Below are positions 45,085 to 55,843 of a DNA stretch of 64,000 nucleotides, in pieces. The translations under genes and the position numbers were made by a program. The notes under the pieces are model-generated. The model was given only the letters and a program-made list of their open reading frames with translations, was not told the origin of the DNA and did no database searches. Each line of letters begins with the position of its first letter. Within the stretch, counting starts at the first letter, position 1. Source of the stretch: Escherichia coli phage Wa28; sequence record LC788710.1; one strand, 5' to 3'.

Positions 45085-45939
45085 TTACACCGTAAATGGA
45101 TATGCAATAGCAGGATGGTGTTCATAGCCACGAACAGTAAAATCATCCTTACTTACCCACGTTAATACATCATCCAAAGTTCTAATATTTGGATTGATTT
45201 CTAAAGTAGGAGGTGCAAAAGGTTCACGATCGAATTGCTTGTGCTCCATCAGAACATTATACTGATCTTCATAGATATGAAGATTAATAATCTTTTGACG
45301 AGCAATACCTGGCTTAAGACCTGTAATCTGTGCCATAATAGCTAGAAGTGCATAGCATTGCACCATATTAAATACTTGGCCCAGCAAGAAATCATTAGAC
45401 CTCTGGAAAGAGTTTAGGTATAGTGTATCACCTAAAATAGAGAATTGATGGGTATGCATACACGGACGTAGGCATCCTTTACGAAATTCCCCAGGGTTCC
45501 AAAAAGTTAAAATTTCTCCACGATCGTCAATCCCTCTTTTCAAATTATGATAGACTTTGGCTAACTGATCAAATACCATACCATCAGAATTAGTCCAATG
45601 ACGTCCTTGAACACCATAGACTCGTCCCATATCATCCTCGCCTTTACGGAATGGATTACCTAGCCAGGCAATATTTTCATTTGCATTAGCATTCCATGTA
45701 TTAACACCAATAGCGCGGAATTGTGCTGCTGAGTCGTACCCACGGAGATATCCGATCATTTCCATTATTGCTTGTTTAGCAAATGCTTTACGAGTAGTTA
45801 CTAGCGGCAGTTCTCCTGCTCCTACGTTAAAGGTAAAGTCTGCATCAATAATGGTTAGGCAACGAACCCCTGTTCTAGGATTCGTTACCCATACACCCTC
45901 TTCAAGAATACGTTTTCCAGTTTCAATATATTGCTTCAT
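45085..45939 (-). CDS. thyA: thymidylate synthase
   Basis: 284 aa; ThyA-like core; adjacent to DHFR and nrd genes. Confidence 0.8.
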   Translation of the reverse strand: MKQYIETGKRILEEGVWVTNPRTGVRCLTIIDADFTFNVGAGELPLVTTRKAFAKQAIMEMIGYLRGYDSAAQFRAIGVNTWNANANENIAWLGNPFRKGEDDMGRVYGVQGRHWTNSDGMVFDQLAKVYHNLKRGIDDRGEILTFWNPGEFRKGCLRPCMHTHQFSILGDTLYLNSFQRSNDFLLGQVFNMVQCYALLAIMAQITGLKPGIARQKIINLHIYEDQYNVLMEHKQFDREPFAPPTLEINPNIRTLDDVLTWVSKDDFTVRGYEHHPAIAYPFTV

Positions 45940-46466
45940 TTAAATATCACCAATTCTTGTAAGAATGAAAGCGTTTTATCTGCATTCTGTCCTGCTACAT
46001 AATCCATTCTAGTTGCCATTGAATTAGTTAAAGTAATGTGATGATGCAGATGTACATCAGCAGATAATGGTGTAGCTGAAGTAATAGTAGAGATATACGC
46101 CATATCTAGATGATTTTTGACATACATTTCAAGAAGCAGAGTTGCTCCCCCTAATACTACAGTTACTTCTTCCTTGAGGAAATCAGGTAGACTGTATCCA
46201 ATGTTACTTATGCGTGTGGCTGATCCTACAGAGTTAGGTAGTGGTCTATTTGCATAAATAAATAGGTCAGAATCTCCTAGTATTCTTTTTTGCAGAGTCT
46301 CAGGGAAGGCTAACCAAGTTCCTGCACCTACAATAATATTATCAGGTGCTAGAGAATCCAAAGTAGTATAGAAGATATCTAGTTCTTCTTTGAAAGAACC
46401 CCAGGGGAGCTTACCATTGAGGCCGAACTCCCCATTCGGCCCAGTTGCATAGATTGCTGCTATCAT
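45936..46466 (-). CDS. dihydrofolate reductase
   Basis: [23 protein letters not shown]-terminus. Confidence 0.75.
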   Translation of the reverse strand: MIAAIYATGPNGEFGLNGKLPWGSFKEELDIFYTTLDSLAPDNIIVGAGTWLAFPETLQKRILGDSDLFIYANRPLPNSVGSATRISNIGYSLPDFLKEEVTVVLGGATLLLEMYVKNHLDMAYISTITSATPLSADVHLHHHITLTNSMATRMDYVAGQNADKTLSFLQELVIFK

Positions 46467-47611
46467 TAGAACATGCCCTCAAATTCGTTACCCAGATCTT
46501 TCAGGGTATCAGCAGAAGTTTCAGTTACCTGACCCACACGATATGCTGCACCAATCTGGATTTCTTGTGGGGCAGGCTGTAAGGAAGTAGTATCCAGCCA
46601 GTTCATAATCCACGGAATAGGGTTCTTAGTAATTACAGGTAAGTGGCTTGGCCATTCTACACCAATGTGCATAAATGCGTTACGTCCTACAAAGTAAAGG
46701 TATTCTTCAAGCAGTTCTGCATTCAAACCAATCAGACTACGGCCTTTAAAGATAAAGTGACCCCATTCAATCTCAGTTTTCAGAGTTTTCAGGAGTTGTG
46801 CTGGTGCTTTAGCTAATGCTTCATCTACCAGATCTTTATCAAACTGCTGGAACATAATCTGGATGATAGCTTTAGACATTTGAGTATGCAGAGCTTCATC
46901 TTTAGCGATTAATTGCAGGTTCTTAGCAATACCTTGCAGAATATCGTTCTCTGCTAGAGCAAAGGTACATGCAAAAGATGCGTAGAACTGCATTGCTTCC
47001 AGACCGTAGATTGCAAAGTAAGCATCTAACAGCTTAGCCTGAGTTTCACGTTTAACTTCAGGGAACTCAGTTTCTGGATAAGTATTATCACCACGATGAT
47101 CACGTACTGCAAGGAAATACTGACCTAACAGATACAATTCATCAAACAGTTCAACAGAATCTGCGATACGTGCAAATGCTTCTTGGTTTTTAGTTACAGA
47201 ATCAATAAATTCTGCTGGGTCAGTCAGAACGTTACGAATAATGTTACTATACGCACGGCTATGTAGATCTTCGAAGTAGCTCCACTGCTTGAGCATACCT
47301 TCCAATTCAGGACGGCTTACAAGTGGCATAATAGCTGCCTCAGGAGCACGACTAATGAAAGAATCTGTTTGAACCTGCCAAGCTAAGTTCAGCAGAGTGA
47401 TTTCTTGTATTTCTCTTGGAAGATTAGGCCATTGCTTTTTGTCACTTTCTAGACTGATTTCAGTTTCAGTCCAAAACTGGCTCCTCTGTAATAGTGCGAG
47501 TCGTTCTAGCTCTGGATGAGCAACACGAACATAGTCTGCTACTCCCAGGGCATCTCCGAGAAATAGCTCTTCAGAATCAGGATTCCAGTTCAGATTTAGT
47601 AAGGTTGTCAT
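46466..47611 (-). CDS. nrdB: ribonucleotide reductase class Ia beta subunit
   Basis: 381 aa; di-iron NrdB-like motifs. Confidence 0.85.
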   Translation of the reverse strand: MTTLLNLNWNPDSEELFLGDALGVADYVRVAHPELERLALLQRSQFWTETEISLESDKKQWPNLPREIQEITLLNLAWQVQTDSFISRAPEAAIMPLVSRPELEGMLKQWSYFEDLHSRAYSNIIRNVLTDPAEFIDSVTKNQEAFARIADSVELFDELYLLGQYFLAVRDHRGDNTYPETEFPEVKRETQAKLLDAYFAIYGLEAMQFYASFACTFALAENDILQGIAKNLQLIAKDEALHTQMSKAIIQIMFQQFDKDLVDEALAKAPAQLLKTLKTEIEWGHFIFKGRSLIGLNAELLEEYLYFVGRNAFMHIGVEWPSHLPVITKNPIPWIMNWLDTTSLQPAPQEIQIGAAYRVGQVTETSADTLKDLGNEFEGMF

Positions 47612-47614
47612 TAA

Positions 47615-48133
47615 TTATTCTCCATTATTAGCGTATTCGCCATGAAATTCTTTAAGTTTAATATCTCTATGTTCTAGAGCTTTTTCTAGAGGCATTGCGG
47701 AAGATCTGTAAACAGTACCGTTGTGTGTTATCCTAACCCTCCAGTTTCCTGAACTAAGAGGCTCTAGGTTTTTATGTCCATGGGTATTGTTTTTACCGGC
47801 TCCCCTATTTTGGGCATTACCAGCATCGGTTGATTCTCGTAGATTTAAAGGATGGTTATTAAGTTTATTTGTATCTTTATGGTCTACTGTCTTAGTTGGG
47901 TAATATCCATAATAGAGACAGAAGATTACTACATGATTTCTTAATTCCCATCTATAACCTTCCACGTTAAGTCGGAAGCATAGGTAGCCATTTCCATTGA
48001 CGGCTCCTACAGGTTTTCCAGCAAATCTAGTATTAAATCCACCTTTATTAGTCTCTCTTGGCTTCCAATAGAGAGTATCTTCTCTGAGTTCTAGATATTT
48101 CTCTAGAAATTCTTTTGTTAGTTGAGGTTTCAC
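47615..48133 (-). CDS. HNH homing endonuclease between nrdB and nrdA
   Basis: VDHKDTNKLNNHPLNL HNH motif. Confidence 0.7.
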   Translation of the reverse strand: MKPQLTKEFLEKYLELREDTLYWKPRETNKGGFNTRFAGKPVGAVNGNGYLCFRLNVEGYRWELRNHVVIFCLYYGYYPTKTVDHKDTNKLNNHPLNLRESTDAGNAQNRGAGKNNTHGHKNLEPLSSGNWRVRITHNGTVYRSSAMPLEKALEHRDIKLKEFHGEYANNGE

Positions 48134-48196
48134 AGTATATCTCCTTAATATAGAGATATTATAGCAAATCTGGTAGCGATTAGCAAGTAAAATTTC

Positions 48197-48224
48197 AAAG
48201 AAAAAGGAGACCCGAAGATCTCCT
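48197..48224 (-). terminator. rho-independent terminator (GGAGATC..GATCTCC)
   Basis: Hairpin with T/A runs both sides. Confidence 0.55.
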
Positions 48225-48232
48225 TGTTTTTA

Positions 48233-50623
48233 TTATAGGTTACAACCACCGGATGCACAACCTGCTGCTTCTTCACCAGCTCCACCACCATTTTCAGTGT
48301 TGAAGTTAGCGTAGTACCAAGTTTTCCAACCATACTTAACAGCAGTCATGAAGTCACGAACTACTACTGGGCCAGGAATAATTTCATTCTCAAACTTGGT
48401 GTAGTCATAGTACATATTCGTACTTATAGACTGACTGAAGAATTTCTGCATGGTTGCTACCCATTTGATCCACTCGATACGATCTACATCATAAGCCAGT
48501 TTATAGCTCATTAATGTATCCCAATCAGTTGCACCTGGAGCAATTGCAATTACTTTATTCACTGCACTACCCTTGATAGATACAATCTTACGAGGCGGTT
48601 CAATAGAGTTAGTAACACCTAGCAGTACAGAGGAACTTTCACCCGGCATCTGAGCAGTCAGAACGGAGTTACGCATACCATATTTCAGGATATCTGCACG
48701 CAGAGATTCCCAATCCATTTCTAGATCAACAGTTACCAGTTCATCAACAGTTTTCTTGTACGTGTCGATTACCAGAGTCCCTTTGGATGGCTTAGTACGA
48801 TTAAACCAGTCACATGCACCTTGTTCTTTAGCCAGACGTACAGAGGCTTTGTGCAGGAAGTAGGACAGCTTCTCAGCTTCACGGTGAATCCAGTTACGGG
48901 CTTCAACACCTTCATAAGCCAAACCTTCTGCTGCCATTGCACCTGCTGCATTCATCAGACCAATACCAACGTTACGACGTTTCTTAGCCGTGTATTCCAT
49001 GGTTGGGAATGGATAATCCTGAATCTCGATGATTGTATCAACGAATTTCAGAAGGATGTAGCAAGTTTTCTCCCATTCAGCCAGAGATTCCATGCGACCT
49101 AGTACAACACCACCTAAGTTACACAGAGATACTTCACCAATGTCCTCTGGACGCATATCGTCTAACTGATCTTGGGTCTTATACAGTTCCGTAATGTGAT
49201 GGAATGGACGGGTTGGCTGAGTAATTTCAACACAAAGGTTGGTCATACGAATCGGGTCAAGGAAGTTACCATGACGGTTAGATTCACCAATGTGATGAGC
49301 ATACATACGCCCTGTTTCCATACGGATACGTAACCAAGTATCTAGGATTTCTTTTGCAGAGATTCTAGGAGCTGCTGGAATTGTTTTTCCTTCGTGGTCG
49401 ATCTTTGTAAGAGATGCCACACGTTTCTCCGCTGCCACGTAGATTTCTTCAAACTTAGCCTCATCTTCATCATAAAACGCTTCATGAACTTCTGGTGCGT
49501 AGAAGTAGGACATTAGCGTAATATCTTCGTTTTTCAGGTAACGTTTTAACAGAAGGTTGTTAAAGCTCAGAGAGTAATCCATTTTATCGATTTTATTCTC
49601 GTCTGTAGCACGTTGTTGTTTAACCTGCATCAATTGAATGATTTCAGGATCGAAGTATGGATAAGACACAGTAGCAGAACCGCCACGGGTTTGCTGAGTG
49701 TTAGCTTTTACTGAACGGTCAATGTGTCGATAATATGGCAGTTTTCCGGAATGCGGGAATGCCCCATTTCGCACCGGATCAGCAATTGATCGGCTTTCAA
49801 GATGATACCCGATTCCCGCTCGGGCTGCGACCATTTTGAAGACGATATGCTCGGCTGTGTCGATTGAATCGAGGGTATCAGTACTATCAACAAGACAACA
49901 AGAAGCAAAACCGCGGTCGCTGCTCCTAAGACCCACGAGAGGTGGAGTCGGCACGTTGATTTTATGGAGTGACATTGCGTTGTAGAGGTCGATTGCATCG
50001 AGAATTGTCCAGTTAGGTTGAGATAACATCGCCATTGCCATACCCATATAGGCAAACTGCGGGGTTTCATAAATTTCACCAGTTGCAATATTACGACGAG
50101 AATACTTGTCGAAGAACTGTTTCAGTCCACCACTGGTGAATAAACGATCACGATCATGATCAATAACTTGGTTCAGAGCGTCAAACTGATCATCGCTAAT
50201 CCATGCACTCATGTCTTCCCAAGCGCCTGCACGAACCATATGATCGTGGAAGAAACGCAGAGAAGGAGGTTCAAAGGAATCATATAGGCGTTTACGCATC
50301 TGCGCAAGACGTAATTCCTTTGCTACAGTATCATATGCTGGGTTGTCTTTGATAAGACCTTCAGCGGCTTTAATTAACACATCTTGGAGTGTATCGGAGT
50401 CTACAACACCTTTGGGTAGATTTTTCAGGGCAGCCATAACTACGGCAGACCAACTTACGTCAGTATCTTTACATGCCCATGCAGCCCAATCATTGAGTTT
50501 TTCAGGAGCAAAGTCCTGAACAGTACCGTCACGTTTAATTACTTTTTCGATGCGATGGCTCATTTGGCTTTCCTTTTTGTAGTTATCAGGATTTAGGAAA
50601 TATTCTACTTTGTTTTGGGTCAT
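48233..50623 (-). CDS. nrdA: ribonucleotide reductase class Ia alpha subunit
   Basis: 796 aa; ATP-cone N-terminus, C-terminal Cys pair. Confidence 0.9.
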   Translation of the reverse strand: MTQNKVEYFLNPDNYKKESQMSHRIEKVIKRDGTVQDFAPEKLNDWAAWACKDTDVSWSAVVMAALKNLPKGVVDSDTLQDVLIKAAEGLIKDNPAYDTVAKELRLAQMRKRLYDSFEPPSLRFFHDHMVRAGAWEDMSAWISDDQFDALNQVIDHDRDRLFTSGGLKQFFDKYSRRNIATGEIYETPQFAYMGMAMAMLSQPNWTILDAIDLYNAMSLHKINVPTPPLVGLRSSDRGFASCCLVDSTDTLDSIDTAEHIVFKMVAARAGIGYHLESRSIADPVRNGAFPHSGKLPYYRHIDRSVKANTQQTRGGSATVSYPYFDPEIIQLMQVKQQRATDENKIDKMDYSLSFNNLLLKRYLKNEDITLMSYFYAPEVHEAFYDEDEAKFEEIYVAAEKRVASLTKIDHEGKTIPAAPRISAKEILDTWLRIRMETGRMYAHHIGESNRHGNFLDPIRMTNLCVEITQPTRPFHHITELYKTQDQLDDMRPEDIGEVSLCNLGGVVLGRMESLAEWEKTCYILLKFVDTIIEIQDYPFPTMEYTAKKRRNVGIGLMNAAGAMAAEGLAYEGVEARNWIHREAEKLSYFLHKASVRLAKEQGACDWFNRTKPSKGTLVIDTYKKTVDELVTVDLEMDWESLRADILKYGMRNSVLTAQMPGESSSVLLGVTNSIEPPRKIVSIKGSAVNKVIAIAPGATDWDTLMSYKLAYDVDRIEWIKWVATMQKFFSQSISTNMYYDYTKFENEIIPGPVVVRDFMTAVKYGWKTWYYANFNTENGGGAGEEAAGCASGGCNL

Positions 50624-50686
50624 TTTGCAAGTACAATTTTACAGATAAAAAGAGCCCGGATATTTTCATACCCAGGCTCGTCTGTC

Positions 50687-50929
50687 TTACCATTTAAGTT
50701 TATCGGTCATATCAGTTAGTTTCTGTCGTATTTCCTTAGCCATAAGAATGTCTATAGAAGTACTCAGTTCATTATAGTTGAAAGGCCGATTTGGATTAGA
50801 GGCTACAATTTTCCACGCTAGGGTAGTCTTAGGACTTTCTTCTCCTTCCTTACGTGTAATCATATTAGCAGCACTCAATGAAGTACGGTGGATCTTAGTT
50901 TTGCGGTGCAGATGTACGACGTTTTCCAT
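50687..50929 (-). CDS. hypothetical protein (80 aa)
   Basis: ORF. Confidence 0.45.
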   Translation of the reverse strand: MENVVHLHRKTKIHRTSLSAANMITRKEGEESPKTTLAWKIVASNPNRPFNYNELSTSIDILMAKEIRQKLTDMTDKLKW

Positions 50930-50930
50930 A

Positions 50931-51692
50931 TTACACCTTCCCCATATCCTTAAAGATATCGTAGAATGCTTTAGACTCTGGTGAGCGAACGTTGTCGATC
51001 AGTTCGATCATAGAGAAAGGAGAGTTTTCGTACTTCTCATAGACTTCCATAAGAAGTGCTAGACCTGAATCACCCTTGATGTCTTTCTGAGCTATATCTC
51101 CACAGATAATTAGACGACAATCTTGTCCGACACGAGTCAAGAGACAGATCATTGCTTCAACGGAGATATTCTGAGCTTCATCGACAATTACATAGGAGTT
51201 GTTGAAAGTTCGGCCACGGGCATGTTCGATAGCCAGGAATTTAATTTTCTGACGTTCGACATATCCTTTGTAGGCGTGATCACCGATTGCCCATTTCATG
51301 CCATCGGCTATTGGTTCCAACCAAGGCTCTAGCTTTTCTGCCAGATCACCTGGGAGCATACCAAGAGATTTACCTAGAGGTTCGTTTGGACGCACGAGGA
51401 TCACTTGCTCAATATCTGAGTGAATGTCTACGAGTTCCTGAGCTGCAAGAACGGATGGAATAAAGGTTTTACCAGTACCTGGCTCACCAATACCCACAGT
51501 CACTGTGTTGTTCTTGATCATATTGATATATGATTTTTGCTCACGGTTTTTACCAACTAGGGATTTAGCAACTGGATTGGCGTAATCACCAGAGAAATCT
51601 GCTTGAATTACGTTACTCTCGTACTTGTTGCCACGCTTTCTTGAACCATTGCGGTTCTCTCTTTTTTGACGTGCTTTTCCCATAAATAACAC
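50931..51692 (-). CDS. phoH: PhoH-like ATPase
   Basis: Walker A GEPGTGKT, Walker B VIVDEAQN. Confidence 0.85.
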   Translation of the reverse strand: MLFMGKARQKRENRNGSRKRGNKYESNVIQADFSGDYANPVAKSLVGKNREQKSYINMIKNNTVTVGIGEPGTGKTFIPSVLAAQELVDIHSDIEQVILVRPNEPLGKSLGMLPGDLAEKLEPWLEPIADGMKWAIGDHAYKGYVERQKIKFLAIEHARGRTFNNSYVIVDEAQNISVEAMICLLTRVGQDCRLIICGDIAQKDIKGDSGLALLMEVYEKYENSPFSMIELIDNVRSPESKAFYDIFKDMGKV

Positions 51693-51756
51693 TCCTATAG
51701 TGTACTTCGCTAACAGAGGATCAACAAAAAGATCTTGTTTATCAACTTACAAATAT

Positions 51757-51785
51757 ATTATACCAATATATGCGGGAGAAAGCAA
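51757..51785 (-). promoter_or_regulatory. early promoter TTGCTT-17-TATAAT for phoH train
   Basis: Motif read. Confidence 0.65.
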
Positions 51786-51987
51786 CTACAATTTTAAATA
51801 AGCCTATGATATTGCATTTAAATAAAAAATTTGCTTGCTTTTATTGGGAGATGTATGGTACTAGATAATCATTTTATATCGCGTACACGGGTGCGTGATT
51901 ATACTATTTTTAGTAGAGGTTGGCAAATAAAATTTTTTGACTCAGATCAATTTACAGAATGTTATAGTAAAATATTGTTGACATCCG

Positions 51988-52016
51988 CCTTCGAATGAGT
52001 TATAATAGTAGTCTTA
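51988..52016 (+). promoter_or_regulatory. consensus sigma70 promoter TTGACA-17-TATAAT for nrdD
   Basis: Motif read. Confidence 0.75.
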
Positions 52017-52035
52017 GTTAGAGAAGGAGGGTATA

Positions 52036-53910
52036 ATGAATCGCAATGAAGAACTAAAGTATAAAGGAATGCAGTCCTTGATTCGAAACTGCAAAGAAAT
52101 TATCGAAGGTTCAGCAGATGAAGAGCTGCTGTTTAATAATGCCAATAAGCCCTCAGAACGTTTCCCTACACAAAGGGATATGCTTGCAGGGGAATTGAGT
52201 AAATATCTGATTCTGGAAGAAATGCCGATCCAGATTCGAAATGCTCACATGATTGGTGATATTCACTTCCATGATGCTGATTACGCTGCGTTAGGTATGA
52301 CTAACTGTTGCCTGGTTGCTTTGGAAGATATGTTGAAGAATGGTATGAAGGTTGGTAATGCTGAAATCAGTACGCCAAACTCTATCACTACTGCGGCTGC
52401 TATTACAGCTCAGATTATCACTCAGGTTAGCTCACACCAATATGGTGGTACTTCTGTAGACCGATTAGATGAAGTATTGGCTCCTTATGTTCGTAAGTCT
52501 TATGATAAGAATCATGCGTTTGCAAAACGTTGGACTAAGGATGAAGCCAAAGCATCTGTAATGGCTACGGAAATGACTGAGAAAGAAGTTTACGATGCCT
52601 GCCAGGGTCTAGAGTACGAAATCAATACGATGTTCAACTCTAATGGTCAGAGTCCATTTATTACCTTTGGTTTCGGTTTAGGAACTTCTTGGGAAGCACG
52701 TCTTGTACAGAAAGCAATCTTAGAAGTGCGTATGGATGGTTTGGGTATCAATAAACGTACTGCTATCTTCCCTAAACTGGTATTTGTTCTACGTGACGGC
52801 GTAAACATGAAACCTGGCGATGTTAACTATGATATCAAGAAGTTAGCTATGAAGTGTACTGCTGAACGTATGTATCCGGACTATATCAGCTATGATAAGG
52901 TTGTAGAAGTTACGGGGGACTACAAAGTCTCTATGGGCTGTCGTTCATTCCTGGCTGCTGCGGAAGATGGTGAAACTTCTGGTCGTAACAACTTAGGCGT
53001 TGTTTCCGTAAACCTTCCTCGAATCGCTATCGAAGCGGAAGGAAATATTGATCTATTCTTCGATCTGCTTGAGCTGCGTGTGGATACCGCGTTAAAAGCA
53101 TTGGAGTGGAGGGTTGATCGCTTAAAATACATTCAAGCTAAAGCTGCGCCCATCCTCTATATGTCAGGAGCCTTTGGATTACGTCTGGGGCCAGATGAAT
53201 ATGTATTTGATCATTTCTACAAGCGTGCTTCTGTATCCCTAGGATATATTGGCTGCCACGAAATGTTGCAGCTCATGTTTGGTAAAGATGTAGATACAAT
53301 GTCTGAGTCTTGTATCAAGTTCGTTCAACGTGTGCTACAATACATGCGTGATCGTGCTGATCAGAAGAAGGAAGAGACTCAATTAGGGTATAGTCTGTAT
53401 GCTACACCATCTGAATCTCTATGTGATCGCTTCTGTCGCCTAGACCGTGAGTATTTCCCAGAGCATGAAGATATTCTGGCTAAAGGATATTACACTAATT
53501 CCCATCACCTTGATGTAGAACGTAAGGTTGCTCCAAATGTGAAGTTTGATTATGAGTCTAACTTTACTCCTATTGCTTCTGGTGGGTGCATTTCCTATGT
53601 GGAATTACCTGATATGAAACGATTCCCTGATGCATTGGAATGGGTTATTAACTATGCTGCAAGTAAAGTTCATTACTTCGGTATTAATACTCCAGTAGAC
53701 TCTTGTGGGGAATGCGGGTTCTTGGGTGAAACTATAGCTTCTGAGGATGGTTTCAAATGTCCAATTTGTGGCAATCATGATCCTGAGACTCTTGAGGTAA
53801 CTCGTCGAGTTTGTGGATATCTTGGAAATCCAGGTGCTCGTCCGTTTAACCCAGGTAAACAACATGAGGTTATGGGTCGAGTGAAACATCAAGACATTCG
53901 CGCTAAATAA
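52036..53910 (+). CDS. nrdD: anaerobic ribonucleoside-triphosphate reductase (class III)
   Basis: 624 aa; C-terminal CGECGF...CPICG zinc site and RVCGYLG glycyl-radical motif. Confidence 0.9.
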   Translation: MNRNEELKYKGMQSLIRNCKEIIEGSADEELLFNNANKPSERFPTQRDMLAGELSKYLILEEMPIQIRNAHMIGDIHFHDADYAALGMTNCCLVALEDMLKNGMKVGNAEISTPNSITTAAAITAQIITQVSSHQYGGTSVDRLDEVLAPYVRKSYDKNHAFAKRWTKDEAKASVMATEMTEKEVYDACQGLEYEINTMFNSNGQSPFITFGFGLGTSWEARLVQKAILEVRMDGLGINKRTAIFPKLVFVLRDGVNMKPGDVNYDIKKLAMKCTAERMYPDYISYDKVVEVTGDYKVSMGCRSFLAAAEDGETSGRNNLGVVSVNLPRIAIEAEGNIDLFFDLLELRVDTALKALEWRVDRLKYIQAKAAPILYMSGAFGLRLGPDEYVFDHFYKRASVSLGYIGCHEMLQLMFGKDVDTMSESCIKFVQRVLQYMRDRADQKKEETQLGYSLYATPSESLCDRFCRLDREYFPEHEDILAKGYYTNSHHLDVERKVAPNVKFDYESNFTPIASGGCISYVELPDMKRFPDALEWVINYAASKVHYFGINTPVDSCGECGFLGETIASEDGFKCPICGNHDPETLEVTRRVCGYLGNPGARPFNPGKQHEVMGRVKHQDIRAK

Positions 53911-53917
53911 TGAATCA

Positions 53918-53950
53918 GCCAGGTTGCTAGTCGACCTGGCTTTTATTTTA
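53918..53950 (+). terminator. rho-independent terminator (GCCAGGT..ACCTGGC + T run)
   Basis: Hairpin plus TTTTATTTTATTT. Confidence 0.7.
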
Positions 53951-53951
53951 T

Positions 53952-53980
53952 TTGCTTTCGAGCTAAAACTTATGTATAAT
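53952..53980 (+). promoter_or_regulatory. early promoter TTGCTT-17-TATAAT
   Basis: Motif read. Confidence 0.7.
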
Positions 53981-54008
53981 TGATTTATAAATTTGAGAGG
54001 AGAAAGCT

Positions 54009-54290
54009 ATGAGCGAATTGCTTCCGAAAGTAGATGTTTCCCATCTTGTAGAGCCTAGTGAAGAACGTAAGGCTCTAGATTGGTTGGGCGGATTTGATTA
54101 TCGTCGTGTTGTTGCAACATGGAATGATAAGAAAGTTAAGAAGTTTCGGGTACATTATGTAGGTAAAGACAAGTGGCTCTGGATTGATTATGAAGAATCG
54201 AAGGGGTCTACTAAGGCTGTGAAAATTTATCGTATGTATGGGTATTATTATGCTCACTGTGATAAGAATGAATTTACAGTACAGAACTAA
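54009..54290 (+). CDS. hypothetical protein (93 aa)
   Basis: ORF with GAGAGGAG SD. Confidence 0.5.
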   Translation: MSELLPKVDVSHLVEPSEERKALDWLGGFDYRRVVATWNDKKVKKFRVHYVGKDKWLWIDYEESKGSTKAVKIYRMYGYYYAHCDKNEFTVQN

Positions 54291-54299
54291 GGAACAAGA

Positions 54300-54503
54300 A
54301 TGAAAAACGTAAAACATCTTAAATATCGCTTAATTTACAACGGACGTATGGAAACAGAAGATCTAGCTCAGCTAGCGATCAATTCAGATGAAGTTACAGT
54401 TCGTGCTTTGTCCATCGAGAAGCTGCGTGCTTCTTACGAAAATCGTATTATGGAATTGGAGGAAAAACTTTATGGACTTCTTGAATCAGAATCTAAAAAG
54501 TAA
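54300..54503 (+). CDS. hypothetical protein (67 aa)
   Basis: ORF. Confidence 0.45.
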   Translation: MKNVKHLKYRLIYNGRMETEDLAQLAINSDEVTVRALSIEKLRASYENRIMELEEKLYGLLESESKK

Positions 54504-54666
54504 TTTAGAAAATATGCTTATGGAGCAGTGGAATGCTGGGTATAATGCTGGAGTAGCTACCTGTATTGCTGGTTTGGATATGCTTATTAAGCAAGAGAAG
54601 GTTCGCCCAGAAGAAGCAATTCTGCTCCAAAATATCATCGAAGGATTCAAGCAAGGAATCGTATAA
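54471..54666 (+). CDS. hypothetical protein (65 aa; start MDFLNQ)
   Basis: Internal Met of track ORF 54388..54666 with GGAGG SD. Confidence 0.4.
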
Positions 54667-55517
54667 TGCGTAGACTAATCGTTGTTAGTGGTGCAGGTTT
54701 GAGTGTAGATAGTGGTGTTCGTGCTTTCCGTACTGATACTGCTAGTGGGAAATCCTTATGGGATGAGTACGATCTAGAGGAAGTATGTAGCTTGCCTAAC
54801 TTTGAAGCTGGCTTCCGTCGCTTCTGTGGTGAAGATGATCCTAACTACTTCAGTGCTCGTTTCCCTGGCATTGATGAAGATGGTAACGATCTGTATCTCA
54901 AGACTCATGAGTTCTACAACATGCGTCGTCAGGAATTACAGACTGTTGAGCCTAACATTGCCCATCTGCGAATTGCAGAATGGTTCCAGCGTTATGGTGC
55001 GGATAGCGTGAAGAACTTCACTACTAACGTTGATGACCTTCTGGAACGTGCTGGTATCCCTCGTGATGAAATCATTCACGCTCACGGGTACTTGAAAGAG
55101 GTGATCTATCGTCAGGGTCGCAACCAAATCATTGAAGATGTTGGGTATACTGCGATTGCCCCTGAGGATTACGAATGGGTAAAACCAAACGTAACATTCT
55201 TTGGTGAGACGGCTCCGTGGTATATGGGTCAGATTAACCTGTTTGATACACTTACTAGCAATGATATGGTTATTGTAGTAGGTTGTAGCAACCAAGTAAT
55301 CGACTTCAACTGGGAGCTATTTCCTGCTGTATGTCGTGGAACTAAGATGATGGTTGTTAACCCACAAGTTCGTTATGACGAACAGCTTGAGTATGAGAAA
55401 CGTGGTGTTACTGTATGGCGTGCTGGAGCTGCCGAAGTTTTTGGTAATAAACACTTTATTGATCAAGTTGAAGCTTTTATGGAGGGAAATATTTATGTCC
55501 CAGAAAAGCATGTGTGA
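54666..55517 (+). CDS. Sir2-family (sirtuin-like) NAD-dependent enzyme, no zinc-ribbon
   Basis: GAGLSVDSGVRAFR, TTNVDDLLERAG, HAHG, FFGE, VVGCS motifs. Confidence 0.7.
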   Translation: MRRLIVVSGAGLSVDSGVRAFRTDTASGKSLWDEYDLEEVCSLPNFEAGFRRFCGEDDPNYFSARFPGIDEDGNDLYLKTHEFYNMRRQELQTVEPNIAHLRIAEWFQRYGADSVKNFTTNVDDLLERAGIPRDEIIHAHGYLKEVIYRQGRNQIIEDVGYTAIAPEDYEWVKPNVTFFGETAPWYMGQINLFDTLTSNDMVIVVGCSNQVIDFNWELFPAVCRGTKMMVVNPQVRYDEQLEYEKRGVTVWRAGAAEVFGNKHFIDQVEAFMEGNIYVPEKHV

Positions 55518-55677
55518 TCTTTTAGTATGGCCAGACGGTAGTTGGTGCTACCGTTTCGAATTTGCTACTGATGACTTCTCATGGAAGAGTGATGATTTCT
55601 GCGTTATCTATGAGGATACAGCAGAATGGAAAGAGTTCCTTATTAAGGAGGGAGAATATGGTGAAGAAGATTTTTAA
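55494..55677 (+). CDS. hypothetical protein (60 aa)
   Basis: Internal Met of track ORF with GGAGGG SD. Confidence 0.4.
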
Positions 55678-55843
55678 GGGTATCTGGAAAGGTCTAGTAT
55701 GGTTTGTTAACCTAATCGGTATGATTACCATTTATTCTCTGTTCCTATCTGTTATGTGGGGTAAAGGTGAGCTGAAGGTTCCAATTCCTTTTACTGATGA
55801 AGTTAAAGTCTGGACGTGGGATGCTACTGGTGGAAATAAGTAA
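55655..55843 (+). CDS. small membrane protein (62 aa)
   Basis: Internal Met with AGGAGGG SD. Confidence 0.4.
   Translation, partial: NMVKKIFKGIWKGLVWFVNLIGMITIYSLFLSVMWGKGELKVPIPFTDEVKVWTWDATGGNK

Noticed and set aside
48145-48333. 62-aa ORF overlapping the 3' end of nrdA
   Set aside because: Overlaps the nrdA C-terminus and terminator; no start context.
45085-53910. Group I intron or intein interrupting thyA, nrdA, nrdB or nrdD
   Set aside because: All four genes are continuous single ORFs of expected length; the HNH endonuclease is free-standing.
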